A stretch of DNA of 64,000 nt from an uncultured Gammaproteobacteria bacterium (GCA_964349125.1 CAYGFH010000001.1:459502-523501); one strand, 5' to 3'; shown: positions 21,319 through 31,225, numbered from the stretch's first letter. Notes: generated from the letters alone by a model not told the origin. A program made the numbers and translations.

Positions 21319-22905
21319 TTATGGAGTAGTCTTTGGGGCAGATCCAGTAGATAATCCAAAATTCCCTAACACTTGTGCAAACCCATTGGCTGCCGTTCCC
21401 AGTACTTCTGTTGGAGACGATCCCTGTGAAACACCATTTATGGCATCTTCCAAGTATTTGATCAGATTGGTATTGATACCGTTATCAAATGTGCGAGACG
21501 CCAATGGAAAGGATTTAGCAGTGGGTGCCTGCTTCACGAACGCCCCCACATACGGGTCCTCGGAAATCAATGATGCCATATCCACCCTAGCGTACGGTTC
21601 ACCAAATAATCTGGTTTTGGATGCTTCCGTATACATTTTTATAGTAGTTTCCCGACTTGTCATAAACTTCACGAGTTCCCATGCAGCCGCTGCATTTTTG
21701 CTTTTTGCCGAGACCCCCTCCACCCAATACGACGCCCAGGTAACAGTGTTGCCAGGCAGTTGAGGCATTGGGACTACCTTAAATCTGAGCGAAGGGCTAG
21801 TCTGTTTTATATCAAATACTCTCCACGACGGAGCCAAAATCATGGCAACTTTCCCAGATGAAAATGCGTAAATAGAATTATCCATAGAATCATTCCATGT
21901 GTATACAGGGTCAGAGGTGGTAGAGAATTTCTTGTAAAACGTGAGGGCCTCTTCAGCTTGTTGCCCGGTCGGAATAGAGAGTTTTGCACCGTTTTGCATC
22001 ATCATGGTAGCAAGAATATCACTGAAATGCTCAACGTTTCCGGTGGTTCCCAGTGCGATTGCCGAGGTAATGATGGTGTTATCACTTCTCACAGTTAATT
22101 TCGGGACAATGTTCAGTACATCTTCCCAAGTTGTGGGTGGAGCCACCCCGGCCGCTGCAAATAAGTCTTCATTATAAAACAATCCCAACCCGTCAATTTC
22201 CATTGGCACTCCATACACATACTGGCCACCGACCAAATCTGCATTTGCAACAGGATAAAATGATGTGGAAAACTCTTGCGCGCTCATGACAGTGGATGGT
22301 GCGGGAGATAATTCATTGCGAAGCATTGGAACCCACGTATTATGGAAACGAAATACATCAGGGCCTTCCCCTTTGGCGATAAACGCCTGCAGCCGTTCCC
22401 GATACTGCTTTGGATTTTGCTTTATGTACTGAACTTTTATCGTAGGGTGAGTCGCTTCAAACTCAGACAGCACGGCTCGAACAGTTGCATCATTTTCCCA
22501 CAGGCCCCAATACACAAGTGATGCTGATTTCGATCCGGTGATCCCTCCCGTTGCTGGATTGTTTCTCCCCAGTATACTTCGGATTCCAAAAAATCCAGCA
22601 ACGGCAACAAGCAGTACTATGAGTATGATCATGATTCGTTTTCCCATGGAATTGCCCCCTGGTCCGACCGTTCCGGTAGTGGTTGTGTCCGTGTTCTGGT
22701 ACTCCGGAGTTATTTGCGGGATGAACGGATTCACATTGCTTGAAGCCGCGGGGGAAACGACGAATGGCTGTTCTTGATTGACGGCAAATGACTGTGGAGC
22801 AGATGAATCGATTGTATAGCTCTGTTCCGGAGGCGGCCCCATTGGAGGCGCATCAGGAGGAGGTGGGGGGGTACCAACCTGAGGTGGTAATGATGTATCA
22901 TCCAT
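21319..22905 (-). CDS. membrane-anchored extracellular solute-binding protein (ABC transporter SBP family 1-like) with proline-rich N-terminus
   Basis: N-terminal 'PPQVGTPPPPPDAPPMGPPPE', TM anchor 'IMIILIVLLVAVAGFFGI', then ~400-aa periplasmic-binding-protein-like domain ('YWGLWENDAT ... GEGPDVF'). Confidence 0.7.
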   Translation of the reverse strand: MDDTSLPPQVGTPPPPPDAPPMGPPPEQSYTIDSSAPQSFAVNQEQPFVVSPAASSNVNPFIPQITPEYQNTDTTTTGTVGPGGNSMGKRIMIILIVLLVAVAGFFGIRSILGRNNPATGGITGSKSASLVYWGLWENDATVRAVLSEFEATHPTIKVQYIKQNPKQYRERLQAFIAKGEGPDVFRFHNTWVPMLRNELSPAPSTVMSAQEFSTSFYPVANADLVGGQYVYGVPMEIDGLGLFYNEDLFAAAGVAPPTTWEDVLNIVPKLTVRSDNTIITSAIALGTTGNVEHFSDILATMMMQNGAKLSIPTGQQAEEALTFYKKFSTTSDPVYTWNDSMDNSIYAFSSGKVAMILAPSWRVFDIKQTSPSLRFKVVPMPQLPGNTVTWASYWVEGVSAKSKNAAAAWELVKFMTSRETTIKMYTEASKTRLFGEPYARVDMASLISEDPYVGAFVKQAPTAKSFPLASRTFDNGINTNLIKYLEDAINGVSQGSSPTEVLGTAANGFAQVLGNFGLSTGSAPKTTP

Positions 22906-22961
22906 AAATAATCAAAAAAGACTCGCATTTAGTATAGATTATCGAGTACAATTATCATATC

Positions 22962-24383
22962 ATGCACACAAGAAAGAACAAGGATGACAATGAACAGCAT
23001 ATAGCAATGATCCGTTCGCACAGACTGTTGAGATCGTTGGTAGCCGGTGCACTTTTTTGTATCGGAGCTTTATCTCTGGCAATTTTCTTCTTTGAGCGCG
23101 CCTATGATGGTAAGATTTACCCAAATGTGACTATAAACGGCCAGCCGTTTGGAGGCAAAACAAAAAATGCGGTTGCATCCTATTGGAACGCAAAAAATAC
23201 TCCGTTTGAGACAGCACAGTTTGAGCTTGTTTTTGAAGATAAGATAGCCACTATTTCAGGAAGTGACATAGGGTTGGGATATGATGCAGATTTGTCAGCC
23301 ACTCAGGCATATCTCGTAGGACGGTCAAGTGGTTTTTTCACAAATTTATATCAGAAATTTTTTACCAAGAATATAAATCTTGAGCCTTATTTTAGATGGA
23401 AAGAAGATATGACAAATAGCGTTGTATCAAATCTCTCCGATCAGATAGATATACCTGCAGAAGACGCATTGTTTCGATTTGAAGACAATAAGGTGACACA
23501 GTTCAGGCCGTCAAAAGATGGACGACAATTACACGTGGCAGCTACAAAATCGCAGTTAAAAGCTGCCTTTTCCGAGGTGGCGTCATCCAGCAGGCAGCGC
23601 ATATCCATACCTTTATCAGTGGGAGTCCTACATCCATCTGTCACCACAGATACTGCCAATACGTATGGTATAAAAGAATTGATAGGTCGGGGCTATTCAG
23701 AATTCTCAGGATCAATTCCGGGAAGAATCCACAATGTAGCTCTTGCCTCCTCCAGGTTAAACGGAGTGCTCATAAAACCAGGGGAAACATTCTCATTTGT
23801 AGATGCCCTGGGAGATATTTCAGCCGCAACAGGGTACCAATCTGCATACATTATTAAAGACGGGAAAACCATACTTGGTGACGGCGGCGGAGTGTGCCAA
23901 GTCTCAAGCACGTTGTTTCGTGCGGCTATGGACGCTGGGCTACCTATTGTAGAACGACACTCCCATGCGTATAGGGTACATTACTATGAAGAAGGTGGAT
24001 TTAAGCCGGGAATCGATGCGACTGTTTTTAGTCCATCTGTCGATTTAAAGATAAAGAACGATACAACTTCCTATATTCTTATCCAAACAAAACCGGATAC
24101 AAAAAATCTCACACTTATATTTGAACTCTATGGTACAAAAGACGGCAGAAAAGCGGAACTACTTGACCATAAAGTGTGGGGCGAATCCCCTCCTCCTCCA
24201 CCGCTTTATCAGGAAGATCCCACATTACCAAAAGGTGTGACAAGACAGGTTGATTGGGCGGCGTGGGGTGCAAAGGCATCATTTCAGTATAAGGTGACAC
24301 GAAATGGAGAAGTTCTGCAGGATACGACATTTTATTCAAATTTCAGACCATGGCAAGCTGTATACTTAACAGGAACAATGTAA
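22962..24383 (+). CDS. VanW-family protein
   Basis: N-terminal TM anchor; C-terminal VanW core 'GYSEFSGSIPGRIHNVALASSRLNGVLIKPGETFSF ... GGGVCQVSSTLFRAA'. Confidence 0.8.
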   Translation: MHTRKNKDDNEQHIAMIRSHRLLRSLVAGALFCIGALSLAIFFFERAYDGKIYPNVTINGQPFGGKTKNAVASYWNAKNTPFETAQFELVFEDKIATISGSDIGLGYDADLSATQAYLVGRSSGFFTNLYQKFFTKNINLEPYFRWKEDMTNSVVSNLSDQIDIPAEDALFRFEDNKVTQFRPSKDGRQLHVAATKSQLKAAFSEVASSSRQRISIPLSVGVLHPSVTTDTANTYGIKELIGRGYSEFSGSIPGRIHNVALASSRLNGVLIKPGETFSFVDALGDISAATGYQSAYIIKDGKTILGDGGGVCQVSSTLFRAAMDAGLPIVERHSHAYRVHYYEEGGFKPGIDATVFSPSVDLKIKNDTTSYILIQTKPDTKNLTLIFELYGTKDGRKAELLDHKVWGESPPPPPLYQEDPTLPKGVTRQVDWAAWGAKASFQYKVTRNGEVLQDTTFYSNFRPWQAVYLTGTM

Positions 24384-24389
24384 TAAGCT

Positions 24390-25115
24390 ATGTCTGACAA
24401 ACAACTCGAAATAATGACAGAGATAGTAGGCTTAAATATTGGCATTGGAATCAAAGATGTAGTTCCAACCGAAGATAATACTTCCGCTCATAATATATTG
24501 CTAAACAGTGGACACTCTTTAAATGAATTTTTACCTAAAGGAATTAAATTTATAGTCGATAAAGAAGATCCAGCCGCTTTTTCACCATTGAAAAATATTA
24601 TATATTTCAATCCTGATTTGTTAAGAAACCCGAACTATCTAGCGATGTTAGCTCATGAATGTGGACATTCTTTAGTGAAAAATCCAAAAAAAACACATCT
24701 AGATTACCTACAAACCGGTCACGAAATTGTTTACGATATTCGTTTCAAAACACTTCCATTAAGTGATCGTCTTAAAAAGATATTTTCCTTAATGAAACTT
24801 GATTTAGATAACGAAATTGAAGCATCACACAATGGTAAAATCGTGGCAGATTTATTGGGTGCTGATCCCATTGCTTATGAAGATATGATATCAATTTCGT
24901 TAAAAAATCACTTTTGGTTCAACATGCTAAGCACTCAAAAACTCTTCGAGTTATCATGTCCTGATATTAAAGATGACACTCTAGTGGAATATTATAATCC
25001 GTTTACACAAGATGTCATACAAATTTCATATGGAGAATTCAGAAAAATAAGTATGAAATCAAAAGATGAAAGTGCAAAGACTATGGTAGAAATTCGAAAT
25101 AAAGTAAATATATGA
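24390..25115 (+). CDS. hypothetical protein with HExxH motif (putative zincin-like metallopeptidase)
   Basis: 241 aa; 'LAHECGHSL' followed 19 aa later by 'GHE'; no other recognisable motif. Confidence 0.35.
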   Translation: MSDKQLEIMTEIVGLNIGIGIKDVVPTEDNTSAHNILLNSGHSLNEFLPKGIKFIVDKEDPAAFSPLKNIIYFNPDLLRNPNYLAMLAHECGHSLVKNPKKTHLDYLQTGHEIVYDIRFKTLPLSDRLKKIFSLMKLDLDNEIEASHNGKIVADLLGADPIAYEDMISISLKNHFWFNMLSTQKLFELSCPDIKDDTLVEYYNPFTQDVIQISYGEFRKISMKSKDESAKTMVEIRNKVNI

Positions 25116-25534
25116 ATAAAAAAATAATTCTTGTTGGAGGATGCTTTGATTTGTTACATTTTGGTCATATCTCTTTCCTGGAAAGCGCAAAAGCACTCGG
25201 CACCTACTTGATTGTTGCACTTGAATCAGATGCAAACGTACGGTATGCAAAAGGTTCAAGCCGTCCTATTCATACACAAAAACAAAGAAAACAAATGCTC
25301 TCAGCACTGTCATTCATTGATGAGGTTATAGAACTTCCGCTCATGAAAACAGATAGTGAGTATAACGATCTTGTCTCCCGCATTCGGCCGAATATCATAG
25401 CTGTCACCCAGGGAGATCCAATAAAAGACAAAAAAGAAAAACAAGCTATAGCAATTGGTGCATCTCTTGTGGAAATTCCTAAAATCCATACTCCCTCAAC
25501 ATCACAATTAGCGAAACTGCTCGGACTGGAATAA
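25112..25534 (+). CDS. cytidylyl/adenylyltransferase-like nucleotidyltransferase (RfaE domain II / TagD-like)
   Basis: 140 aa; 'ILVGGCFDLLHFGHISFLESAKALG' (HxGH motif) and overall likeness to heptose-1-P adenylyltransferase domain; ATGA overlap with upstream gene. Confidence 0.65.
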   Translation: MNKKIILVGGCFDLLHFGHISFLESAKALGTYLIVALESDANVRYAKGSSRPIHTQKQRKQMLSALSFIDEVIELPLMKTDSEYNDLVSRIRPNIIAVTQGDPIKDKKEKQAIAIGASLVEIPKIHTPSTSQLAKLLGLE

Positions 25535-25540
25535 TACACA

Positions 25541-26680
25541 ATGACTACGCAAACACGCTACAGAAGAATATTGGCAATCGAGTCCAGTTGTGATGAAACA
25601 GCAGCAGCTGTCGTTGAAAATGGCACACGAATCATCAGTTCTTCGATTGCATCATCTACAACGCTTCATGCTAAGTACGGTGGAATTGTACCTGAAATTG
25701 CGGCCCGTGAACAACTTGATTATATAATTCCCACTATCATTGAAGCGCTCAAACCAATCTCACCATCCAAATCAACTGATTATCTGTCAAATATCAACGA
25801 ATATATAGATGCTATAGCAATAGCGCACGGGCCAGGGCTAATCGGATCGTTGCTCATAGGCGTGGAAACAGCAAAGACTCTGAGTGCTGTGACGGGAAAG
25901 CCGCTTATTCCCGTCAACCATGTTCTGGCACATATGTATGCGAATTTTGTGGACAGTTCACAGCTCACGGCTCATAACCCAAAAAGCACTCATCAACCGG
26001 TAACCATGAATCATGAATCAATTCAATTTCCTGCCATATCCCTCGTCGTTTCCGGCGGGCACACTGAGCTGTATCTCATACAATCAGAATCAGATATCTG
26101 TTGGCTTGGCGGCACTTTAGATGACGCAGCAGGAGAGGCATTTGATAAAACAGCAAGACTGCTTGGATTTGAAAACCGGGGAGGTCCGGCCATCCAGGCC
26201 GCCGCACAAACTCATACTCCAGTATCAACCAAGGGCCCCATGAGACTGCCAAGACCCATGCTTGACCGGGACAATCTTTATAATTTTTCATTTAGCGGGC
26301 TGAAAACCGCCATATCCCGAGAGGTCGCAGCAAATATAGAAAAGGGTACATTCTCCACCGGGGATATCGCTGCGCTTGCCTATGAAGTACAGGAATCTAT
26401 AACAGACGTACTGGTAAAAAAAACACTGCGCGCTGCAGAAGAATTTGGTGCCGCATCCATTTTGATATCAGGCGGGGTTGCTGCTAATTTGATATTGAGA
26501 GAAAAATTTTTGTCACGTATTCAAGGCGACCACCCACACCTGCAGTTTTTTGTACCACCGGTTTCGCTCTGCACCGACAATGCGGTATACATAGCAAGCT
26601 ATGCATATTTCAGAGGCACACCCGTAGACTGGCATGAGGTAACAGCGGTACCGGATCTGAATGTTGAAGTGACTGCTTAA
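25541..26680 (+). CDS. tsaD: tRNA N6-adenosine threonylcarbamoyltransferase TsaD (Kae1/YgjD)
   Basis: 'ILAIESSCDETAAAVV', 'HAKYGGIVPEIAAREQ', His-His metal site; longer than typical due to insertions. Confidence 0.9.
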   Translation: MTTQTRYRRILAIESSCDETAAAVVENGTRIISSSIASSTTLHAKYGGIVPEIAAREQLDYIIPTIIEALKPISPSKSTDYLSNINEYIDAIAIAHGPGLIGSLLIGVETAKTLSAVTGKPLIPVNHVLAHMYANFVDSSQLTAHNPKSTHQPVTMNHESIQFPAISLVVSGGHTELYLIQSESDICWLGGTLDDAAGEAFDKTARLLGFENRGGPAIQAAAQTHTPVSTKGPMRLPRPMLDRDNLYNFSFSGLKTAISREVAANIEKGTFSTGDIAALAYEVQESITDVLVKKTLRAAEEFGAASILISGGVAANLILREKFLSRIQGDHPHLQFFVPPVSLCTDNAVYIASYAYFRGTPVDWHEVTAVPDLNVEVTA

Positions 26681-27210
26681 TGTTTTGGAGTAAGGGAAGT
26701 AAGTGAATTTAATATTTTCGCCTCTTCTTTACACCACGGGGAATATATCTCTGGATGAGTATCTATATCGAGTAAAAAATCTTCCCATGTAATCCATTTC
26801 CAATCATCTACCTCCTTAGGATCAGGGGTAGGCTGGCAATCTGTAAACCCGATACATATGGGACAAATTTCATTTTCAACTATCCCGTTTTTGTCCGCAA
26901 ACCGGTATCGGTATGGAGCTACCTCAGATATCTTCGCATCAGAAATACCCATTTCCGCCGATACTCGTCTTATTGCGGCGTTAATGGTTGATTCTCCTGG
27001 CGCCGGATGGCCACATACAGAATTTGTCCAGACACCCGGGAACGTCTTTTTTGAGCTCGCTCTTTTTGTAAGGAGCAATTCATTTTGCTCGTTAAATAGA
27101 AACAGTGAAAACGCACGATGTAGGGGTGTGTCAGTCGTATGGACTGTCGCTTTAGGGGCGGTTCCGACGGGTGTATTATCTTCACTGACCAATACAACGA
27201 GTTCTTCCAT
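26677..27210 (-). CDS. idi: isopentenyl-diphosphate delta-isomerase, type 1 (Nudix)
   Basis: 'RAFSLFLFNEQNELLLTKRASSKKTFPGVWTNSVCGHP' matches IDI-1 (NxxCxHP catalytic Cys), Nudix fold. Confidence 0.85.
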   Translation of the reverse strand: MEELVVLVSEDNTPVGTAPKATVHTTDTPLHRAFSLFLFNEQNELLLTKRASSKKTFPGVWTNSVCGHPAPGESTINAAIRRVSAEMGISDAKISEVAPYRYRFADKNGIVENEICPICIGFTDCQPTPDPKEVDDWKWITWEDFLLDIDTHPEIYSPWCKEEAKILNSLTSLTPKH

Positions 27211-27246
27211 GTGTTTTTTTGTTCTCTCTATTTACAGGATCCTGTT

Positions 27247-27318
27247 AATTATGCTGTGGGCGAGGATGGGATCGGACCATCGACATCTACTTTATAAGAG
27301 TAGCGCTCTGCCACTGAG
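27247..27318 (-). tRNA. tRNA with anticodon UAU (tRNA-Ile, AUA-decoding) by manual folding
   Basis: Reverse complement of 27247-27318 folds as a cloverleaf: acceptor GGGCGAG/CTCGCCC, D-arm GCTC-AGTGGCA-GAGC, anticodon stem CTACT/AGTAG, loop CTTATAA (U33, anticodon TAT, A37), T-arm GATGG-TCCGATC-CCATC, discriminator A; CCA not encoded. Confidence 0.75.
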
Positions 27319-27401
27319 CTACTCGCCCTATCGTTTGCGCGGATATTTAGAATATATGACCCATACACCCGAACGATGTTGTTATTATAACAAAAGAAGC
27401 G

Positions 27402-28796
27402 CTATGGACGAAGTAGCTGTTCCATATGACTTTCAATTTCATATGCACGTTTCTTATTCTTCCCGAAAATGATGTATGCGAGTTTATGATAAGAGAGCAG
27501 ATTCTCCGATATTATTATTAATCCCTCATTGGTATGTTTATCAAATAAGATTGGCCGTAACGTATCTAGCATTTCACTAAAAGAGTACTCGTGTGTTAGT
27601 GATAAATCATAATTATTAAATGACAGGATATATGTCAGATACATAAAATCTTTTCCGAATAATTTTTCTGCAACGGTATGCACATGAGTTCCACCCGTCC
27701 TTCTAACATTTGACTCGGTCACATATAATTGCCCATTTTTTGCGGCAACAAAATCGACATCAAAATATCCTCTGTATCCATTTGCCCGATATTGTTCAGC
27801 TATGTGAAATCCTGTATCTACCATTCTTGCTGTAAGTTGATCAGATATCACTTCATTGTTGATTTCCATGCCTCGAAAGACACCATCTTTTGCCATTCTC
27901 ATTCCGCCCGAAAACAAAAATTCAACATGTCCATTTTTTTGAATATGATATTCGACATTAGGAAATCCGCCGCCAACGGCATAGTTAATGGAGATCAACG
28001 ATTCAATAATTATCGGAAATAACCTCCAATAATCGTCTTTTTTAAGAATATTTAATATTTTCTTCTGACATGCCCCGAAATCGAGTGGCAATTCTCCTTC
28101 ACGAAGAATCAAAACACCCAATCCTGCATGGCCTTTATTTGTTTTTATAACCACGCCGTGTTCCTTTATGTATTTGTTTGCTGCAATTCTAGATGCGTCA
28201 ATAATACCGCTTACCACAATACCGTCCGGCATCATCAGGTCAGGCTCTGCTGCCCTATTTAACTGCGCAAGCTGTCGAATGCCTGATTTACTTCCGTAGA
28301 AATTCACTGTCCAGGCATCTTCCTCTTCCGGAGCATCAGGAGTGAACACAGTAAGTCCTTTTGAACGCAATACCCCTACTAGGTTGATAAACTGTTCCGA
28401 GGTTGAATAACTTTTAATTGTGAGCCGTTTCTGACCGTTCGCTGCTACTATCAGTGCCTCCATAATTGAATCGTCACGCAGGATGTCATCACAAATGATT
28501 CCACTATGGGAATTGGGAACAAGAAATCTGAAATTTTTCTTCCCGAAAAGTTGGTAATAATATTCCAAAAATTGCACATCAATTGCGTGAGGCAGAACAA
28601 AAATCATATTTTCCTCATCGCAAAAAGAAAACAGATCTCGGTCACCCAAATCAGCATTCTCTTCTATCTCCTGATGACGAGCCTCTTTGCTAGAAAACGC
28701 AGCGATAAACGACCAAACATCTTCCGACATATTGAAAATGTAGACGGTGTTATTTGATATTTTGAGCGGCCCGGAAGGGCTTGGGGATACATCCAT
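27402..28796 (-). CDS. ATP-grasp superfamily carboxylate-amine ligase, unknown substrate
   Basis: 464 aa; C-terminal half has ATP-grasp signatures 'HGVVIKTNKGHAGLGVLIL' and 'GYRGYFDVDFVAAKNGQLYVTESNVRRTGG'; ~200-aa N-terminal domain of unknown type. Confidence 0.7.
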   Translation of the reverse strand: MDVSPSPSGPLKISNNTVYIFNMSEDVWSFIAAFSSKEARHQEIEENADLGDRDLFSFCDEENMIFVLPHAIDVQFLEYYYQLFGKKNFRFLVPNSHSGIICDDILRDDSIMEALIVAANGQKRLTIKSYSTSEQFINLVGVLRSKGLTVFTPDAPEEEDAWTVNFYGSKSGIRQLAQLNRAAEPDLMMPDGIVVSGIIDASRIAANKYIKEHGVVIKTNKGHAGLGVLILREGELPLDFGACQKKILNILKKDDYWRLFPIIIESLISINYAVGGGFPNVEYHIQKNGHVEFLFSGGMRMAKDGVFRGMEINNEVISDQLTARMVDTGFHIAEQYRANGYRGYFDVDFVAAKNGQLYVTESNVRRTGGTHVHTVAEKLFGKDFMYLTYILSFNNYDLSLTHEYSFSEMLDTLRPILFDKHTNEGLIIISENLLSYHKLAYIIFGKNKKRAYEIESHMEQLLRP

Positions 28797-28864
28797 GAAG
28801 TTTTTATAAATTGATCACATAAAAAGAATACAGTATTTAAGCGGGATGTAAAGAGGGATAAATA

Positions 28865-31225
28865 TTATAATCGTGCACGGTGCACTATTTCAGCCTCAAC
28901 CAGCTCTCTGGATCGTCCATATTTCAATCTGGATAATTGAATAATTGCCTCGGCAACTTTTTTATTTTTTTGCGCATTTACTTTTGTCATGTCTTTTGTC
29001 AAATCTATACTAAATGGTTTTACGGGTTCGTTGCGCACACTTGTTTTGACATACGCGTTAAATTTATCAATATTTATGAGATCAGCTTCATTGAATGTCG
29101 GTTGAAATTCATGTTGCAGATAATTGGCATCGGTGACTCCGACCCGGAATGATGCCACTGTTCCTACGTTGCCAAATACAGCATTTTTCACTTCTTCTTC
29201 CATCTGTCCGATAAATTGATTTGCAACGATAAGATTTAATCTGTATTTACGGGCTTCGGACAATATTTGGGCAAAATCCGGTGTAGCAAAATTCTGAAAT
29301 TCATCAACATATAGGAAGAAATCTCTTCGCTTGTCTTCAGGAATTTCCTGCCGGCTCATGGCAGAAATCAAAATTCTTGGTACCAAAATGAGCCCCAAGA
29401 AATTACTGTTTTCTTCACCGATTTTACCCTTCGCTAAATTGATCAGCAATATTTTCCCCTCATCCATGACATTTCTAAAGTTATAGCTGGATTGGGATTG
29501 TCCTATGATATTCCGCATCATTTTATTGGTGACAAACCGGCCGAACTTTGAAACGATGTAATCGAGGACCTCAGACTTATGAAAATCTGCGGTTTGTGCG
29601 ATTTGATCTGTCCAGTACCGTTTAATGATAGGATCCGTTAATTTGGGTAACAGTTCTTGTACAAAAGCTGCATCCGTTAGCACACGGACCACTTCGATGA
29701 ATGTATTTCCCGGTTCTACCATAACAGTCAACATCGCGTTTCGAACCGCATGTTCAAAGCGTGGACCTATAATACCTGTTTTTTGAGGGTCGTACAGTTT
29801 GTACATAAGCCCTACGATCGATGTGACTACGAAATGCTTTTGCTCTTCGGTGGAGGCTTCAAGCATGTTTAGCCCCATTGGCCGCTCAAGATCAGATGGG
29901 TCAAAATAAATAACATCTTCGGCGCGTTCCGGAGGAATACGGTTAAGAACCCCTTCTACCAAATCTCCGTGTGGATCAACAACCGCAACCCCTTTGCCGT
30001 CACGGATGTCCTGAATAATCATCTCTTCCAATAACTGCGATTTTCCAGTACCAGTTTTTCCAATCACATACATATGTCTTCGTCTATCATCATCTCCAAT
30101 ATAGATTGGACGTTCTACTCCGCGATACCTCGAGGTGCCCAAAAACATGCCGCTCATTGGGATTTGTGAGGGCGCCGGCGCCCGTTTTGCATTTAGCCAA
30201 AAAATGTGCGCGGTTTCGATAGACTTGTTCGGAAAATGGAAAATGGTTGCAAGTTCGTCGCTGTTTAGCACGCTATACTGACGAAATAATGGCACGTTCA
30301 TAATTGGGAAGTAGCGGTAGATAAAATCAACAATAAACAAATGCTTAAACGGCATTTTTACTTTTGTAAAATGATTGTAATCAGATGCGAACTGACTGAA
30401 ACTCGTCAATATGTTATCCAAATGCATATGCGAATCCTCTTTTGTATTTGCTGACACGACACATCGGATGACAACATTAAATCCGGGTTTCCCAGTTTTT
30501 TGTTCTATAGCCTCGAGTGATTTGGGATCCACCTTAAAACTTGCTTTCTCAGGGTTTGATTCATCTTTTTTCACATGCGATATATATGACCGTCCCTGAT
30601 CTCTCCATTTTCCATCAGCAGGTTGCACTAAAATCTGGATAGCAGCTCCTTCACCTGGTTTCATTTTTGCCATAACGGAGGTAATAGATGACAACGGATC
30701 AGTCGGCAAATCTCGATATATTCGAAGTGGATTATAATCACTTGAGCTTAAACAAAGAGCAGCAAACGACACCTTCCCCTGCTCACTAAATATTGAATAC
30801 TCTTCCACGAGCTTTATATCGGCCCCGGGGTATGCACCATGAATTTGTTTTTCCACCAAATCCATAAGTTTTTTGGGAACTGCAACATAGAACCGAATAT
30901 CTTCGGATCTCGCTACTATTTCAAATGATAAATGCTCTTTTGGTTTCAGAAATGACCACATATCCGAATGCGCAATACTATGCAAACTGGAAAAAAGCTG
31001 CTCAGCAACATCAATTTTCACTTCGTTATCACGCGGAACGGCCACCTGCAAAAGCACTGTTTCAAGAGAATGCTCCTCACGGTTGCGGTATTTCCATAGG
31101 AGAAACACTATGTATCCGATCAGTGCGAGGATACCGACAAAAAATAGTATTAGACCCAGACTAATTCCAAGCATTTGAAGCCTATACGTGAGATCCGCGA
31201 GTTTTTCCGTCATCTGTGTATCCAT
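28865..31225 (-). CDS. membrane-anchored VirB4/TraC/HerA-superfamily (DUF87-type) ATPase
   Basis: N-terminal TM helix 'ISLGLILFFVGILALIGYIVFLLW', ~350-aa non-ATPase domain, then Walker A 'YVIGKTGTGKSQLL', 'VDPHGDL' motif, Walker B 'FLYVDEFQNF' and 'ARKYRLNLIVANQ', as in VirB4/HerA/TraD-type translocation ATPases. Confidence 0.7.
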   Translation of the reverse strand: MDTQMTEKLADLTYRLQMLGISLGLILFFVGILALIGYIVFLLWKYRNREEHSLETVLLQVAVPRDNEVKIDVAEQLFSSLHSIAHSDMWSFLKPKEHLSFEIVARSEDIRFYVAVPKKLMDLVEKQIHGAYPGADIKLVEEYSIFSEQGKVSFAALCLSSSDYNPLRIYRDLPTDPLSSITSVMAKMKPGEGAAIQILVQPADGKWRDQGRSYISHVKKDESNPEKASFKVDPKSLEAIEQKTGKPGFNVVIRCVVSANTKEDSHMHLDNILTSFSQFASDYNHFTKVKMPFKHLFIVDFIYRYFPIMNVPLFRQYSVLNSDELATIFHFPNKSIETAHIFWLNAKRAPAPSQIPMSGMFLGTSRYRGVERPIYIGDDDRRRHMYVIGKTGTGKSQLLEEMIIQDIRDGKGVAVVDPHGDLVEGVLNRIPPERAEDVIYFDPSDLERPMGLNMLEASTEEQKHFVVTSIVGLMYKLYDPQKTGIIGPRFEHAVRNAMLTVMVEPGNTFIEVVRVLTDAAFVQELLPKLTDPIIKRYWTDQIAQTADFHKSEVLDYIVSKFGRFVTNKMMRNIIGQSQSSYNFRNVMDEGKILLINLAKGKIGEENSNFLGLILVPRILISAMSRQEIPEDKRRDFFLYVDEFQNFATPDFAQILSEARKYRLNLIVANQFIGQMEEEVKNAVFGNVGTVASFRVGVTDANYLQHEFQPTFNEADLINIDKFNAYVKTSVRNEPVKPFSIDLTKDMTKVNAQKNKKVAEAIIQLSRLKYGRSRELVEAEIVHRARL

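Noticed and set aside
26858-27472. 204-aa + strand ORF spanning idi (antisense) and the tRNA gene
   Set aside because: It overlaps a well-supported idi CDS on the opposite strand and runs through a tRNA; no motifs; spurious.
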